Shown here piece after piece: positions 25,277 through 37,236 of a DNA stretch of 64,000 nucleotides (position 1 is its first letter; the number at the start of each line of letters is the position of its first letter). Below the pieces are notes generated by a model, which worked only from the letters and a program-made list of their open reading frames with translations, had not been told where the DNA came from and searched no databases. The stretch spans positions 17,980,001-18,044,000 of the forward strand of contig OX597815.1 in the NCBI GenBank assembly GCA_951406725.2, given 5' to 3'. This DNA comes from Octopus vulgaris (Eukaryota). The position numbers were made by a program, and so were the translations under genes.

Positions 25277-25685
25277 GGTGTGGCTGTATGGTAAGCAGTT
25301 TACTTATCCAAATATATGATTTCTGGGTTCAGTCCCACCGCGTGGCACCTTTGGCAAATGTCTTCCACTATAGCCTCAGGCCAACCAAAGCCTTGTGAGT
25401 GGATTTGGTTGATGGAAACTGAAAGAAGCCTGTCATATATATATATATATATGTATATATCTATGTATGTGTCTTCGTGTCTGTTCACCAACCACTGCTT
25501 GACAACCAATGTTGGTGTGTTTACATCCCTGTAACTTAGTGGTATGGCAGAAGAAATTGATAGAATAAGTACCAGGCTTTAAAAAAATGTACTGGTGTCA
25601 ATTCATTCGGCTAAAATTCAAGGTGGTGCCTCAGCATGGCCACAGTCAAATGACTGAAACAAGTAGAAGATAAATGGTAAAAGAC
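25277..25685 (+). mobile_element. SINE family A (older subfamily)
   Basis: Family A head and tail with CpG-type decay. Confidence 0.85.
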
Positions 25686-26039
25686 AGGTATTTACTATTA
25701 TGCTACTAAGTTACTAGGTATAAAATTAATGTCCAACTGGTTAAAACATTACACTTTGCCATTTTGAGGTCCAACATTTGATCCCACTGTTTGGCCTCTT
25801 CATCATTATTTAATGTCCATTATCCATGCTGTCATGGGTTGGATCTTTTCTTGTAGATCTTAAAGCATTACTATGTGAGGTATATTTGCCATCTCAATAT
25901 GGCTAACCACTAAGGGTGGGTGTTACTGTAGCTTTTAGCCCCAGGAGAACATCGTCTCCAGCTGGCTTTAGGCACACTTACTGTGCCCTTATGGTATTTG
26001 CAAAGGGAGATCATCCTTCCGTCGTCAACCTAAGTGATA

Positions 26040-26084
26040 CGCACGGACTGCAGTTTCTGGGTCTTGACCCGTCATCGGCGTGCG
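26040..26084 (-). ncRNA. Type I hammerhead ribozyme motif (core variant U4C)
   Basis: CGCACG-CCGAUGA-C GGGU CAAG ACCC A-GAAA-C UGCA G-UC-CGUGCG. Stem I extends via GUGAU/AUCAC. Confidence 0.75.
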
Positions 26085-26348
26085 ACAATCACCGGTTTTC
26101 GATGAAAAGAAGTTCCCAATGCAAATAACATTATACTTTTTCCAGTAACTCTACGTCACTGATGAGAATTTATTAAAGCATTACTCATATCACGAAAATA
26201 CCATGGTACCACACCCATTCCAAACACGAGCGCCATTCATATCAAGTCTTCACAATCACACCAGATGCTGGGCCCCACTGTCACCGAGGATCTCTCTTGG
26301 TGAGATCCCGTCTTTAGCATAACTAGGACCGCATTCGATTGAGTTGCT

Positions 26349-26590
26349 TTGCTCATTAGGGCCAGAGGATATTTACCCCACCAACAACTGCTGACAGTTT
26401 ACAACAATCAAGTGAAGCCTACAATTAAGTACTGCACCCACATTTGGGATGGTACTGCTGCTAATCACACTAATACCTCAGATCACATCCAGAGTAGGGC
26501 CACTGGGTTGATTGGCATTTCATCACTAACAGATACACTCCTACCTTAGCTCCATAAGTGTGCTGTATCATCTCTCTGTCTATTACTACT
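26349..26590 (+). pseudogene. Decayed non-LTR retrotransposon ORF2 C-terminal fragment
   Basis: LLTVYNNQVKPTIKYCTHIWDG...DHIQSRATGLI resembles the YKxxVRPxLEYCSxIW...DRIQxRA motif. Confidence 0.7.
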
Positions 26591-26594
26591 TTAA

Positions 26595-26815
26595 CCCTTT
26601 CGTTACTGTATTTCTGTTGAGATGTTCTGTGTTTCTTTCAATTACTTTAAATATAACAAAGAATTTAGTAAAATAACTTAGTTATCATTCAGCTAGTGTT
26701 AGGAACATAAATTGTGACTAAGGTTTCATGGAAGATTTTAATTCAAAACTTATGAAAACGAGACATTTGTACTACAGAGCCAGAGCTAGTTTCAGCCGGG
26801 TTGGTAACGAAAGGG
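26595..26815. mobile_element. piggyBac-type MITE
   Basis: TTAA|CCCTTTCGTTAC...GTAACGAAAGGG|TTAA, perfect 12-bp TIR. Confidence 0.9.
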
Positions 26816-27201
26816 TTAATGACTCTTGCTGGCTGGTCTTGTACTCTCACCACTGAAGCAGCCCTCCTCCCCATCACAACTTACTCCCACCTCTTGACTC
26901 ACTTGGTGTGCCCAACCACCCTTTCTATAAATTAACCACAATGCCTAATCCTTTTTCTTCTGAAGATTATTCTTCTGTTCATGTTTTGCTGCAGGTGTAG
27001 ACTTACAACAGTCTAAATGCAACATTTATAGGATCAATCTTACAAGTCACAAAGAGCATTCAAAAGTCACGAGCCTGTTCCTTCCTCCAGACACAGCAAG
27101 TTAGAAAAGTACAAAATCTTATTAAAAGTATATTTGAGAAACAGTGAAATGGGATCTAAGTTATTTGTTATTAAAAATATGACTGAATTTAGAACTTATA
27201 T

Positions 27202-27424
27202 GTTTCTTTACTACCCACAAGGGGCAAAACATAGAGGGGACAAACAAGGACAGACAAACGAATAAAGTCGATTACATCGACCCCAGTGTGTAACTGGTAC
27301 TTAATTTATCGACCCTGAAAGGATGAAAGGCAAAGTCGACCTCGGCGGAATTTGAACACAGAACGTAGGGGCAGACAAAATACGGCTACGCATTTTGCCC
27401 GGCATGCTAACGGTTCTGCCAGCT
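27202..27424 (-). mobile_element. SINE family B
   Basis: Near full-length. Flanking duplication GAATTTAGAACTTATAT / GAACTTAGAACTTATAT. Confidence 0.9.
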
Positions 27425-27962
27425 GAACTTAGAACTTATATTAATAAGATTATATAAATCTTTTACCATACTAACACTAGCATTTTACCATATTACCCAG
27501 GAATGCCACTGATGGGTTTTTCCACCCAGATCTGGGTTTTTGGAGCAATGATGGGTATATGGCTTTTAATTTCCAAATTTACATTAAATCTGGGTTTTTA
27601 AGTTAGTTTTGGCCGCAAACTTATCTTTTAAAGAAAATTCGGTGTCATATGCAATATGTACCAAAGTTGTACCACTTCTAACACTTTGTAAACTTTCTAT
27701 ACATCATCCATAATCATTTCCCGTAATGAATTTAGCGATACTGATCGTATGCATTCATTATTTGTTTATACTTGTATCATACCGGGCAACTACAAGTTAC
27801 AATGCGTTGGTGGCTGCTTGTACACTTGTCTGAAACTCTGACACCACTAGTTGACAGCTTGACTATGTTGATGGTGTACGCTTTGATTGTTACTCGTGAT
27901 TTAAAATTTGTTTAACAACATTTTGAGGGAGTGTTTTTGTCTTTGTAACCCTTTGCGAAGTA

Positions 27963-29135
27963 ATGGAAGACAATAGTGTATCCAAAAGAGGAAGTGGAAG
28001 TGGTACATCCAAAATTTCAAGAAGTCGTGATTAGAGGATGCTGAGCTAAAAAGATTGGTTACAGCAAGATGATAAAAATCCTAATACCTGCTGCTGCATT
28101 TGTTGCAACGTTGTGTTGAAAAATGCTAACAAATCAATGTTGTTGGCTCATAAAAACACTGCTAAACACAAGAAAGCTTTTGATTGTGCGAAATCGGCTA
28201 TTAAATTAGATTCATTTATTGTTAAAAAAAAATAGATGATAGATTAAATGAAAAAATAGCAAAGGTAGACTTGCTACTAACAGGTTATGTTACTGAACAT
28301 CACGTACCTTTCATCCAAATAAATCACTTAGCTGAAATTTGTAAAGAGGCCTTTCCCGATAGTGAAATAGCTAAAAATCTACAAATGAAAAATGAAATGG
28401 CTAAAAAACTACAAATGAAGAAACAAAATTAGCATACATTATGCAAGACGGAATTGCATATTATGGATGAAATGTAATCTTGGAAATTCTCAAGAAACCC
28501 CCATCATTGGGGACTCAGCTAAACTCAAAACCAATTGCAAAAACTTTTTAATAGAATTATGCCCTCAAATTCTTGATCCAAAAGTAGCGCGTGATCTCAC
28601 TAACTCGCCTCGGTCGATAATTCCCTTGGCCTAAAACTTTCCAGCAATTGCACCAAACAACACACTTGATGGACTAGACAATGAGTGGAGATTATTTTGG
28701 CAATACAAAGATATTCCTGTTTCCTCAAAAAGCATCCATGAATTCTGGTATTCCATATGCAATCTTAAAGACAGGCTTGACCACTCTGAATTTGAGAGGC
28801 TCTCACAATTCATGACTAATTTAACGGTGTTACCACATTCGTCAGTGTGCATGAAGTGCATATTTTCCCAAGCCAATTGCACAAAGACAAAGTTCACTAA
28901 AAGGTTGAAGACCGAAATGATCACCGATCATCTTATCGCTAAACAAGCAATTACAAGAAAGGCAGCATCATGCATTCCTTGGGAGCCGAATGCTAAACTT
29001 ATTTAAGATGTAGTGGATGGGTCTTGTCATTGTAGATATATGAACAGATTGAAATTCAGAAAGGAAGAAAATGATTGTATCACCATTGAAGGAGTGAATG
29101 AAGATGATGTGGATGTGTACGAAATTGACAATTAG
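27963..29135 (+). pseudogene. hAT transposase pseudogene
   Basis: BED-like CICCNVVLKN...AHKNTAKHKK, then EHHVPF...FPDSEIAKNLQM, and C-terminal dimerisation-like LTVLPHSSVCMKCIFSQAN. Contains stops and frameshifts and lacks the central core. Confidence 0.8.
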
Positions 29136-29257
29136 CTGCCATCATTGTGAAGGTCTTTAAAGTGATTTTGGGCAAAGAGGCAGATTTGCCCAGTCTTCCT
29201 GTGCCATAAAGTAAGTATTAAATTCTGTATTCATTTTGTCATATATTTTATCATTAA

Positions 29258-29466
29258 ACCTTTAGTGTTCAGATTATTCTATCAAACATAATACTTATTG
29301 ATTCACATTGATTTGAATTCATCATGCATTATCTCATATCTTCAAGATCTTGATGGTGTAATTACTAAATGTAGAATAACATTGTAGGGTAGGTGTGAGA
29401 GCCTGGATTTGGTCAGTTTGAACATAAAACAGATTAAATATTTTGGCCGGATTAAATACTAAAGGG
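29258..29466. mobile_element. piggyBac-type MITE nested in the hAT
   Basis: TTAA|ACCTTTAGTG...ACTAAAGGG|TTAA; reverse of the 15592-15810 family. Confidence 0.8.
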
Positions 29467-29471
29467 TTAAA

Positions 29472-29836
29472 CTAGCCCTATGACCTGGCAAAACTGGGTC
29501 ATAGGGTTAGTGCATGCATATACAGCTGTGTGCGTGCGCACATGCATGCGAGTACTGTCCAAATCTCCGACCAATCACATACAGCTAGCTGGCATTCAAT
29601 TGGCATATCAAGTTTCGGGCATTTTGATTGGGTTTTGGATAGAAAATTCACAAAAAAGTCACTTCTATTGATTTTTTTAATGGCTTTGCGGGGTGACTGG
29701 GGAAATGTAAAGATGTGCACGACCACCCTTGGATGGTTTTCAATGACCATAGAAAGTGCGAGCCCTCTAACTGAAAAGTTGTGGATTTGTATAAAGGACA
29801 CACACGCAGACATTTTGCCGTTTATATATATAGAGA
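29472..29836 (-). mobile_element. Non-autonomous Helitron (365 bp) nested in the hAT
   Basis: Minus strand A|TCTCTATATATAT...CCCTATGACC-loop-GGTCATAGGG CTAG|T. Confidence 0.85.
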
Positions 29837-30339
29837 TTACTAATTATATGTACATGAGGAATGTTTGATATGTACATGAGGAATGAGCTGGCTTCATTCA
29901 GCATTGAGGATGAATGAAGCCAGCTCAACCCACCCCGGGTGAATGCTGTCTCAAGACAAGACTAATTATATGCCTATTTTCTAACATCTGGGTTTATATA
30001 ATAGGATCTGGGTTTTTTGCAGCAAATAATTTGGGGTTTTATTATTTGATGAATGGCAACCCTGATATTACCATTAATAAGATTAATAGGCTGAATGAAA
30101 TATAAAATATTCTTTAGAAATTGTAAATTGATTTGAAACATCACGGTAAAAATTGTAGCAACAGGTCTTGGAAGACAAATTCATTTTGTCAGTTCAGCAT
30201 TTAACAAAATACAAATAGCACAAGATTGGATTACTGTTCATAGCAGATTTGATATATATGAAATGAAGATGAGAGAAATATGTATATAGCATATACGCAG
30301 GATATGCGTATATGCTATATGTATATAGCATATACGCAT

Positions 30340-30505
30340 AGGCGCAGGAGTGGCTGTGTGGTAAGTAGCTTGTTTACCAACCACATGGTTCCGGGTTCAG
30401 TCCCACTGCGTGGCACCTTGGGCAAGTGTCTTCTACTATAGCCTCGGGCCGACCAAAGCCTTGTCAGTGGATTTGGTAGACGGAAACTGAAAGAAGCCCA
30501 TCGTA

Positions 30506-30553
<48 letters not shown>

Positions 30554-30772
30554 TGTGTGTGTTTGTGTGTCTGTGTTTGTCCCCCTAGCAATGCTTGACA
30601 ACCGATGCTGGTGTGTTTATGTCCCCGTTACTTAGTGGTTCGGCAAACGAGACCGATAGAATAAGTACTGGGCTTACAAAAGAATAAGTCCCGGGGTCGA
30701 GTTGCTCGATTAAAGGCAGTGTTCCAGCATGGCCGCAGTCAAATGACTGAAACAAGTAAAAGAGTAAAAAGA
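30340..30772 (+). mobile_element. SINE family A
   Basis: Full-length match. Confidence 0.92.
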
Positions 30773-31149
30773 GAGAGAGAGCATGAATATTACCACTTCC
30801 CAATATGTAGACCAACCACAGCAAGTTAACAATTTTTCACAGTATCTCAGTTCTTTATTTTTAACCTACACCTGTTGACAGAGGCTGTATTTCTAAGAAC
30901 GTGAACTGTTGAATTATCCATAGAAGGAGAACATTTGTTACATACATATCAATCAACAACAAATATATATTGTAGATATTCCTAATTCTAATTGGATAAC
31001 ACATGAAGCTAGTGTCTGATTCCAGCAAAAATGGCAGTTCACCTAATTGCCAGGTGGGAATGAGTACAAGAAGGAGGCTGAGAAGGTTTCAACAAGATTA
31101 GCTGTTATAGGTGGGAACAGATGAAAAAAGACAACAACAAAAAAAAGTT

Positions 31150-31615
31150 AATACACATCTGGAAGATCCTAGAAGGACTTGTCCCAAACTTTGGCATCGA
31201 AAGTTACACAAATGCTAGAACTGGGCGCCACTGCATAGTACCAAGGACTCCAAATTTGCCATCAAGATGTCGGACAAGATACTGTGATAGCCTGGGCTTC
31301 AGAGGCCCACAGCTCTTCAATATCATCCCGAAGAACCTGAGAGACCTGCATGGGGTGGATGCAGATGTCTTTAAAATAAAACTGGATCTCTTCCTGTCAG
31401 GTGTCCCAGATGAACCAACTTCACGGCAGGAGGTGCAGAGATGAGGGCAGCTGCATCGAACTCTCTCATGCACCAAATGGCAATTGCTAAAAAAGCATTC
31501 GTGAAGTAAAATCATGTAGCAACACCAAATGGCGGTGCCCCAGCATGGCCACAGCTCGTGAGCTGAAACTAGATAAGATAAAATGAAATAAAATAAAATA
31601 AATAAATAATAAATA
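31150..31615 (+). mobile_element. CR1/L2-group LINE ORF2 C-terminus and 3' UTR; candidate partner of SINE A
   Basis: IHIWKILEGLVPNFGI...GPQLFNIIPKNLR...FKIKLDLFLSGVPDEP, then a stem-loop tail and (AAAAT)n. Confidence 0.8.
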
Positions 31616-32264
31616 AACCACTTTCTAAGTGAGATCAATACAAAAAGACCATCGTTAGCTAACTTTGAGCTGTCTCCAAGAGTTTCGGGGACAACCCAAG
31701 AATTACTTTCAACTCAACAAGCAATAATTAGAAGATTGTCAGCTGAGAAATGAGTTTAACAGTTTCTTGCTATGCACAAAAAAAAGAAATGCACCAGTGA
31801 CATTTTATTCTTTACATTGCAAAAGCCTGAAGGCATTGTCTTCAGCAAGTTCTTATCAGTCAGCAAGTTTGGCAGACAACCTAAAAGATTTACATGCCAA
31901 AATTCTGTTTTCCCAGAGGAAAGCTAGATAAAAATGCAAACTTGTGTGATGTTGTTATAACGAGGTAGTAAAACTTACACAGTAAGACAATTATGAAAAA
32001 TGTTTTTAAGCTCTATTATAGACTTAGAAAAACAGGTAAAAATAAATTCAAAAACACATACAAAACAATCCCAGTTATTTTTATCGTTATAACTTCATTA
32101 AATCGAATAAAACAGATTTGATAAAATAACTTTTTTAAACTTTTATCTTTGTAAGAAATAAAGCTACAATAACTGTAATCATTATCTTTCTTTTCTTGTT
32201 CTCTCCACTCTTCAGAGATTTGTAGGAGTGCTGTTGCGACCCATGGTGTGTCCTAGTCCTTCAA

Positions 32265-32485
32265 CCCTTTAGTGTTCGCATTATTCTGCCAAAATTAATG
32301 TTTCTTTATCCGCATTGTTTTGAACTAATCATGCATTATCTTGTAGCTATGAGATTTTGATGAGGTAGCTGTTAATTTTTAAAACGATATTGTAAGGTTG
32401 GTGTGAGAGACCAGATATGGCCAGTTTGAACATAAAACAGGCAGAATAATTTTGGCCGGATATGGCCAGTTTAAATGCTAAAGGG
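32265..32485. mobile_element. piggyBac-type MITE
   Basis: TCAA|CCCTTTAG...CTAAAGGG|TTAG, decayed TTAA sites. Confidence 0.75.
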
Positions 32486-32672
32486 TTAGACTTGACAGAG
32501 CCCAACCTTGCCCAGGTCTAGCCACAGAAAGAGTGAAAGTGTGAGAAAGAGAAAGAGAGAAATAGAGAGGGAGGGAGGGAGAGAGATTCTGGTTACTGAA
32601 TGTGTAATTTCTTCATCAACCATGAGCAGATGAAAAGCAAAGTTGACTTTGGTAGGATCTAAATTCAGAGCA

Positions 32673-32875
32673 CATCATCATCATCATCATCATCATCATC
32701 GTTTAGCATCTGCTTTCCATGCTAGCAAGGGTTGGACAGTTCAACTGGGGTCTGGGAAGCCAGAAGGCTGCACCAGGCCCAGTCTGATCTGGCAGCGTTT
32801 CTACAGCTGGATGCCCTTCCTAACGCCAACCACTCCGTGAGTGTAGTGGGTGCTTTTTACGTGCCATCGGCACAG
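32673..32875 (-). mobile_element. RTE family R 3'-UTR
   Basis: (CAT)n followed by the reverse complement of the family R terminus. Confidence 0.85.
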
Positions 32876-34599
32876 AGAAGTTAAAACAAATACTACAAGG
32901 TATTTTATCCGATGCTCAAGTGACTACGCACAGGTTTATTGCATTCCATTTCACCAGATACAGAAGAAAGTACCATTTAAAACAGAATTAAATGCAAGAA
33001 CTTCTTGATTATATTTTTCACAGAAACATTAGCAAAGATTGTGAACAAAATTAATGATATCAATTAGTTTTAAAGTAAAATGTATTCAGTGCATGACTTA
33101 ATCTCCTTCAGCCATTATATTTTAGTGCCACTTCACACTTGAAGTATCACAAGATGATGATTTTGAAAAAAGTAATTAATCTTCCCAATTATTTTCAATA
33201 ACTAATCTTTACACTTTTAAACAGTTTTAAGATCAGGAAGAGATAATCAATACACAAATTCCAGTCTTGTCAGAAACTAGAGTAATTGCCTTGTGTCAAA
33301 TACTAAAGTAACAGGAAATCTATTATAAACAGATGGAGGTCTACCAGTGTAAAAAAAGCAAAGACGGAGAGAAATTTTATATCCACGAAATCCCTATATT
33401 AATAGTTAAAACCAAATGTTACCTCCTGCACTAAGAATAGCTGCTTTCCATTTTTAAGATGTAAGAAGATATCTTGGCAAAATTCAGGTTATTCGAACTA
33501 TCTATCATAATATCAGTTTCTAATTGAGAGATATGGTTTCATTTTACATGAATGTAATATAAAATGCTGGAATCGCTTGAAGACAATTTCTTTGATTGAT
33601 TCCATTATCATCATCATCATCATCATCATTGGTGTAATTTCAACATCTGTTTATTTTTAAGCACTCATGAACTGGCTAATTCTGCATTACTGTAACACGA
33701 CCATTCATTTCAATATTTTGTCATCTCAACCTGAGATCTGACCTCGGCATCGCTTGCTGTATCTTCTTTAACCTTCTCTTCTCATACATCCTCAAACACC
33801 ACACATCCTCACGACTAACACTCGTCATCAAACAGATCAAAGTATAATCATCTCACCTGCACACATTAGTAACGATGCCTTTAATGCTGAACTGCTTCCA
33901 TAGGTCACATCTAATTCTGCCTTCCATTCAGGTCAATATTTCACATTAAAACGAGGTCGTTCACCCTACTTCTCTCCAAATTCCACATTTATCACCTTTG
34001 TTTAATTTCCTAACAGCATCTTACTCCCGTATATTTCATACAGTCATTTATATACACTGGTTATTTTAAGGAGGAGTTCCCTGGGATCTGACAACAACCA
34101 CTTATTTTCAGTAACATGAATCAGGAAAGATAATTGTATTTCGATTTAATTGATAAGCACACAAGTGAAAGATAAAACCCCCTTTTGATTTATTCAATAG
34201 CATGGACTTTTGAATGTAGAATCCAAGAGATGATGCCCATTGTTGAAAAATACAAATCAATATATTCTGTAGAATAGTCGTCAAATGAACAGAAGACCAT
34301 GCAGGATGTAAAGGGGCTTTTTAGTCATGTCTTGAACAAGACAACCTTCTTAGAGCTCATTCCACAATAAAATATGCACAGTACACTTTGTGATGTAGGT
34401 GTTAGGAAGAACATCAAGCCAGAGAAACCACAGCAAAAAGGGAATGTAACAGGGAGACATGGTACCTGACCTCTCTAGGAAGGCAGTGACTCCAAATAAA
34501 GATGGACTCACCTGACCTGTCTTGGAAGGCAGTAACTCCAAATAAAGATTGACTCAAATCAGTACAACATGAAAGTGAATGTAAAATGCTGTTGCTGGT

Positions 34600-34979
34600 T
34601 GCTGTTGCAGTTGAGCAAATGGTCTTCGTCCCAGAGCTCACAAGATGGGAGAAGTCTCAAACGTGGTCCTTTGCTATTCGTAAGACCCGCAGAAGAGAAA
34701 GCAGGTCAACCCCCGACACCGAGAGCATCGACAGATGGATGAATGCGCATTGAGGCTCAGCAGTTGCATAGGAAGTTGGGGACGAGAAACAGAGAGAAAG
34801 AGTGAGAGAAAGTTGGAGCGAAAGAGTGCAACAGGGGTCGCCACCACCACCTGCCAGAGCCTCGTGGAGTTTAGGTGTTTTTGCTCAATAAACACACACA
34901 ACGTCCGGTCTGGGAATCGAAACCGCGATCCTCCAACAGCAAGTCCACAACCCTAACCATTGGGCCATTGCACCTCCAC
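34600..34979 (-). mobile_element. SINE family C-related (same head, different 3' half)
   Basis: Head GTGGAGGTGCAATGGCCCAATGGTTAGGG. Shares GAGAGAAAGTTG and TTTAGGTGTTT...CATAAACAC-type blocks with 14610-14915. Confidence 0.75.
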
Positions 34980-35239
34980 TGCTGTTGCTGGTGATGGTGA
35001 TGATGATAAACAACAAAAATACAAGGTTTGGTCACTAGTCTGAAAAATCCTTCAGTCTATATCCCATCAGAGAAAATGATTTAAGACACAACTAGTCTCT
35101 ACTTCAAATACCAAACACTAGAGAAGGAACAAGAAGAGGAAATAACTTGGTGATGAATGTCATCAATTAGAAAACTGTGCAAAGTTTTTGTAGTAATATT
35201 TTTACCACGTACAACGTATAATGTAATACATGAATTATT

Positions 35240-36232
35240 GGTAGTACTTGAGAACAGTGGTCACGGTGCGTGCATTCGCGTAGTCGCGCTAGCTAGTCGT
35301 GACTAGTCGATCCTACAACGACTACCTAGCAAAGTAAATAAAACACAAAATAAATAATTTTGTTACACAAAATAATTTTTGTTAAACAAAGTAAGGATCT
35401 TTTCCTTTTGAACGGCAGTTTTCAACACAATTTTTAGTTAACTAAACACTTTTAAACTTTGTATACTGGTAGAATGTATTTATAAAACATCATTTTCTCT
35501 TGGCTTTATTGAGAAAATTCTATGTTGTAACATATTTCAACTAAAATGAATATGTCCCTCCTTTAAGAAACAGATTGGGTTTATTTACATTTGCGAAGAA
35601 AAAAAGATACCCTCCCCCCACCCACCCCTAACCCTAACCCTAAAACAGATTGAAATGCAATAGATCGATACAAGGGTTATAATTACGGGTGACATTTTCA
35701 TTTGACACCGCTAGAAAAAAATCCCATTTTCCGTAGCGGTGTCGTATGAAATTGTCACCCATAATTATAACCCTAGTATCGGTCTATTGCATTTCAATCT
35801 GTTTTAGGGTTAGGGTTAGGGGTGGGGTAAGGGTATCTTTTTTTCTTCACAAATGTAAATAAAGCCAATCTGTTTCTTAAAGGAGGGACATATTCATACA
35901 GCACGGAATGTTGTTTACCTAAATGGACGTATTTGATTGGTTGAAATTGCCGAAATGCTCGAAATTAAAGTCGAAATATGTTACAACATATAGAATTTTC
36001 TCAATAAGGCCAAGAAAAAATGATGTTTTATAAACACATTCTACCAGTATACGAAGTTTAAAAGTGTTTAGTTAACTAGAAATTGTGTTGAAAACTGCCG
36101 TTCAAAAGGAAAAGATCCCGAAGTAAATAAAACACAAAAACACAAAGTAAGTATCGACTAGTCACGACTAGCTAGCGCGGATATGCGACTGTGCGAGTGC
36201 GCGCACCGGGACCACTGTTCTCAAGTAGTACC
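35240..36232. mobile_element. Merlin-like MITE family M2 (GGTAC TIRs) hosting an M1 element
   Basis: TIR GGTAGTACTTGAGAACAGTGGTC / GACCACTGTTCTCAAGTAGTACC. 9-bp TSD TGAATTATT. Confidence 0.85.
35395..36118. mobile_element. Merlin-like MITE family M1 (GGATC TIRs), palindromic dimer
   Basis: GGATCTTTTCCTTTTGAACGGCAG...CTGCCGTTCAAAAGGAAAAGATCC. TSD CAAAGTAA/CGAAGTAA. Confidence 0.88.
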
Positions 36233-37236
36233 TGAATTATTATTTCACCGACTCTCTCTCTCTCTCTCTCCGTCTCCTACACATACACATATATGTAAGT
36301 GTGTGTGTGTGTGTATGTATGTGAGTGAATAACGCTTTCACGTTAACAGGTAGCTTTGTTTTGCTAAAGCTTGACGACATAAAAAGCTCTCACATCTGCC
36401 AAAACTATTGTACATGGAGACCGACTCAGGTGCCACCTAAAAAAAAAATAGCTTCATCGAAAGACAACGAAATCATTTATGTGCAAAGTGCCAAAAAGAT
36501 CAGCTCTGATTGTCAGTGTTTAAATTTAAACCCATCTCATGAGGATGAATGTACTGAGCAAGCAAATGCTTATAATTAGTTATCAAATTGCTATCTAAAT
36601 ATGCGTAGGAAAAAAAAAAAGACTCGACTTCTGCTGCAACAATACGTTTGTTTGAATATGATGTATTAAACCTTTAATAAATTGTAACAGAGATTGGACG
36701 ATACAAGACAAATTTTCGTCCAGATTTTAGTTTCAAACTTCTACTTTCTATATTAATATCTCTGTAGGGTCGATAACAGCCATAAACCGCGACCTTGATC
36801 GATTTAATATATTGTACATACCCTAACTTCACTCCCATCCATAAACACTAATCTATGAAAATTGACCTTGTTTAACAGAAATCGATAAACTCTACCAGTT
36901 AAGTCAACTTTTCAGAGAAGAAATAAACACCTTACAAGCCAGATAACTATTTGCAATGCCAAATATCTGGATACAGTAAAATTCGATCAGCAATAAGATT
37001 CGATCACGTTAACTTTGTTCTGATTTGAAAGATATTTTATATGACGTATTTGTTTACCATAAAGTTCTTTCCAAAACAAAAATCCACACTTCCATGGTGC
37101 GCGCATACTAAAAGATATTTGGAAATGCTCTAAGTCATGAGCAACCTGCGGCCCGCGGGACTTTCTGAATGGCACACCTAAACGAAGAGTTAATTTTTTT
37201 TTTAGTAGTGCAGCCCGCCTGATGATGAACCATATC

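Larger units (their letters stand above)
27498..30064 (+). mobile_element. hAT DNA transposon, internally deleted, with nested insertions
   Basis: TIRs CAGGAATGCCA / TGGCAACCCTG. Perfect 8-bp TSD ATATTACC (27490-27497 and 30065-30072). Subterminal ATCTGGGTTT repeats. Confidence 0.9.

Noticed and set aside
25900-25970. HDV-like or twister ribozyme in the GGCTAA...TTAGCC structured segment
   Set aside because: A P1-like pairing exists, but P1.1, P2 and the catalytic joining strand could not be assigned.
26159-26200. Second hammerhead (CTGATGA...GAAA) on the plus strand
   Set aside because: No consistent stems I-III, and it straddles the putative TSD.
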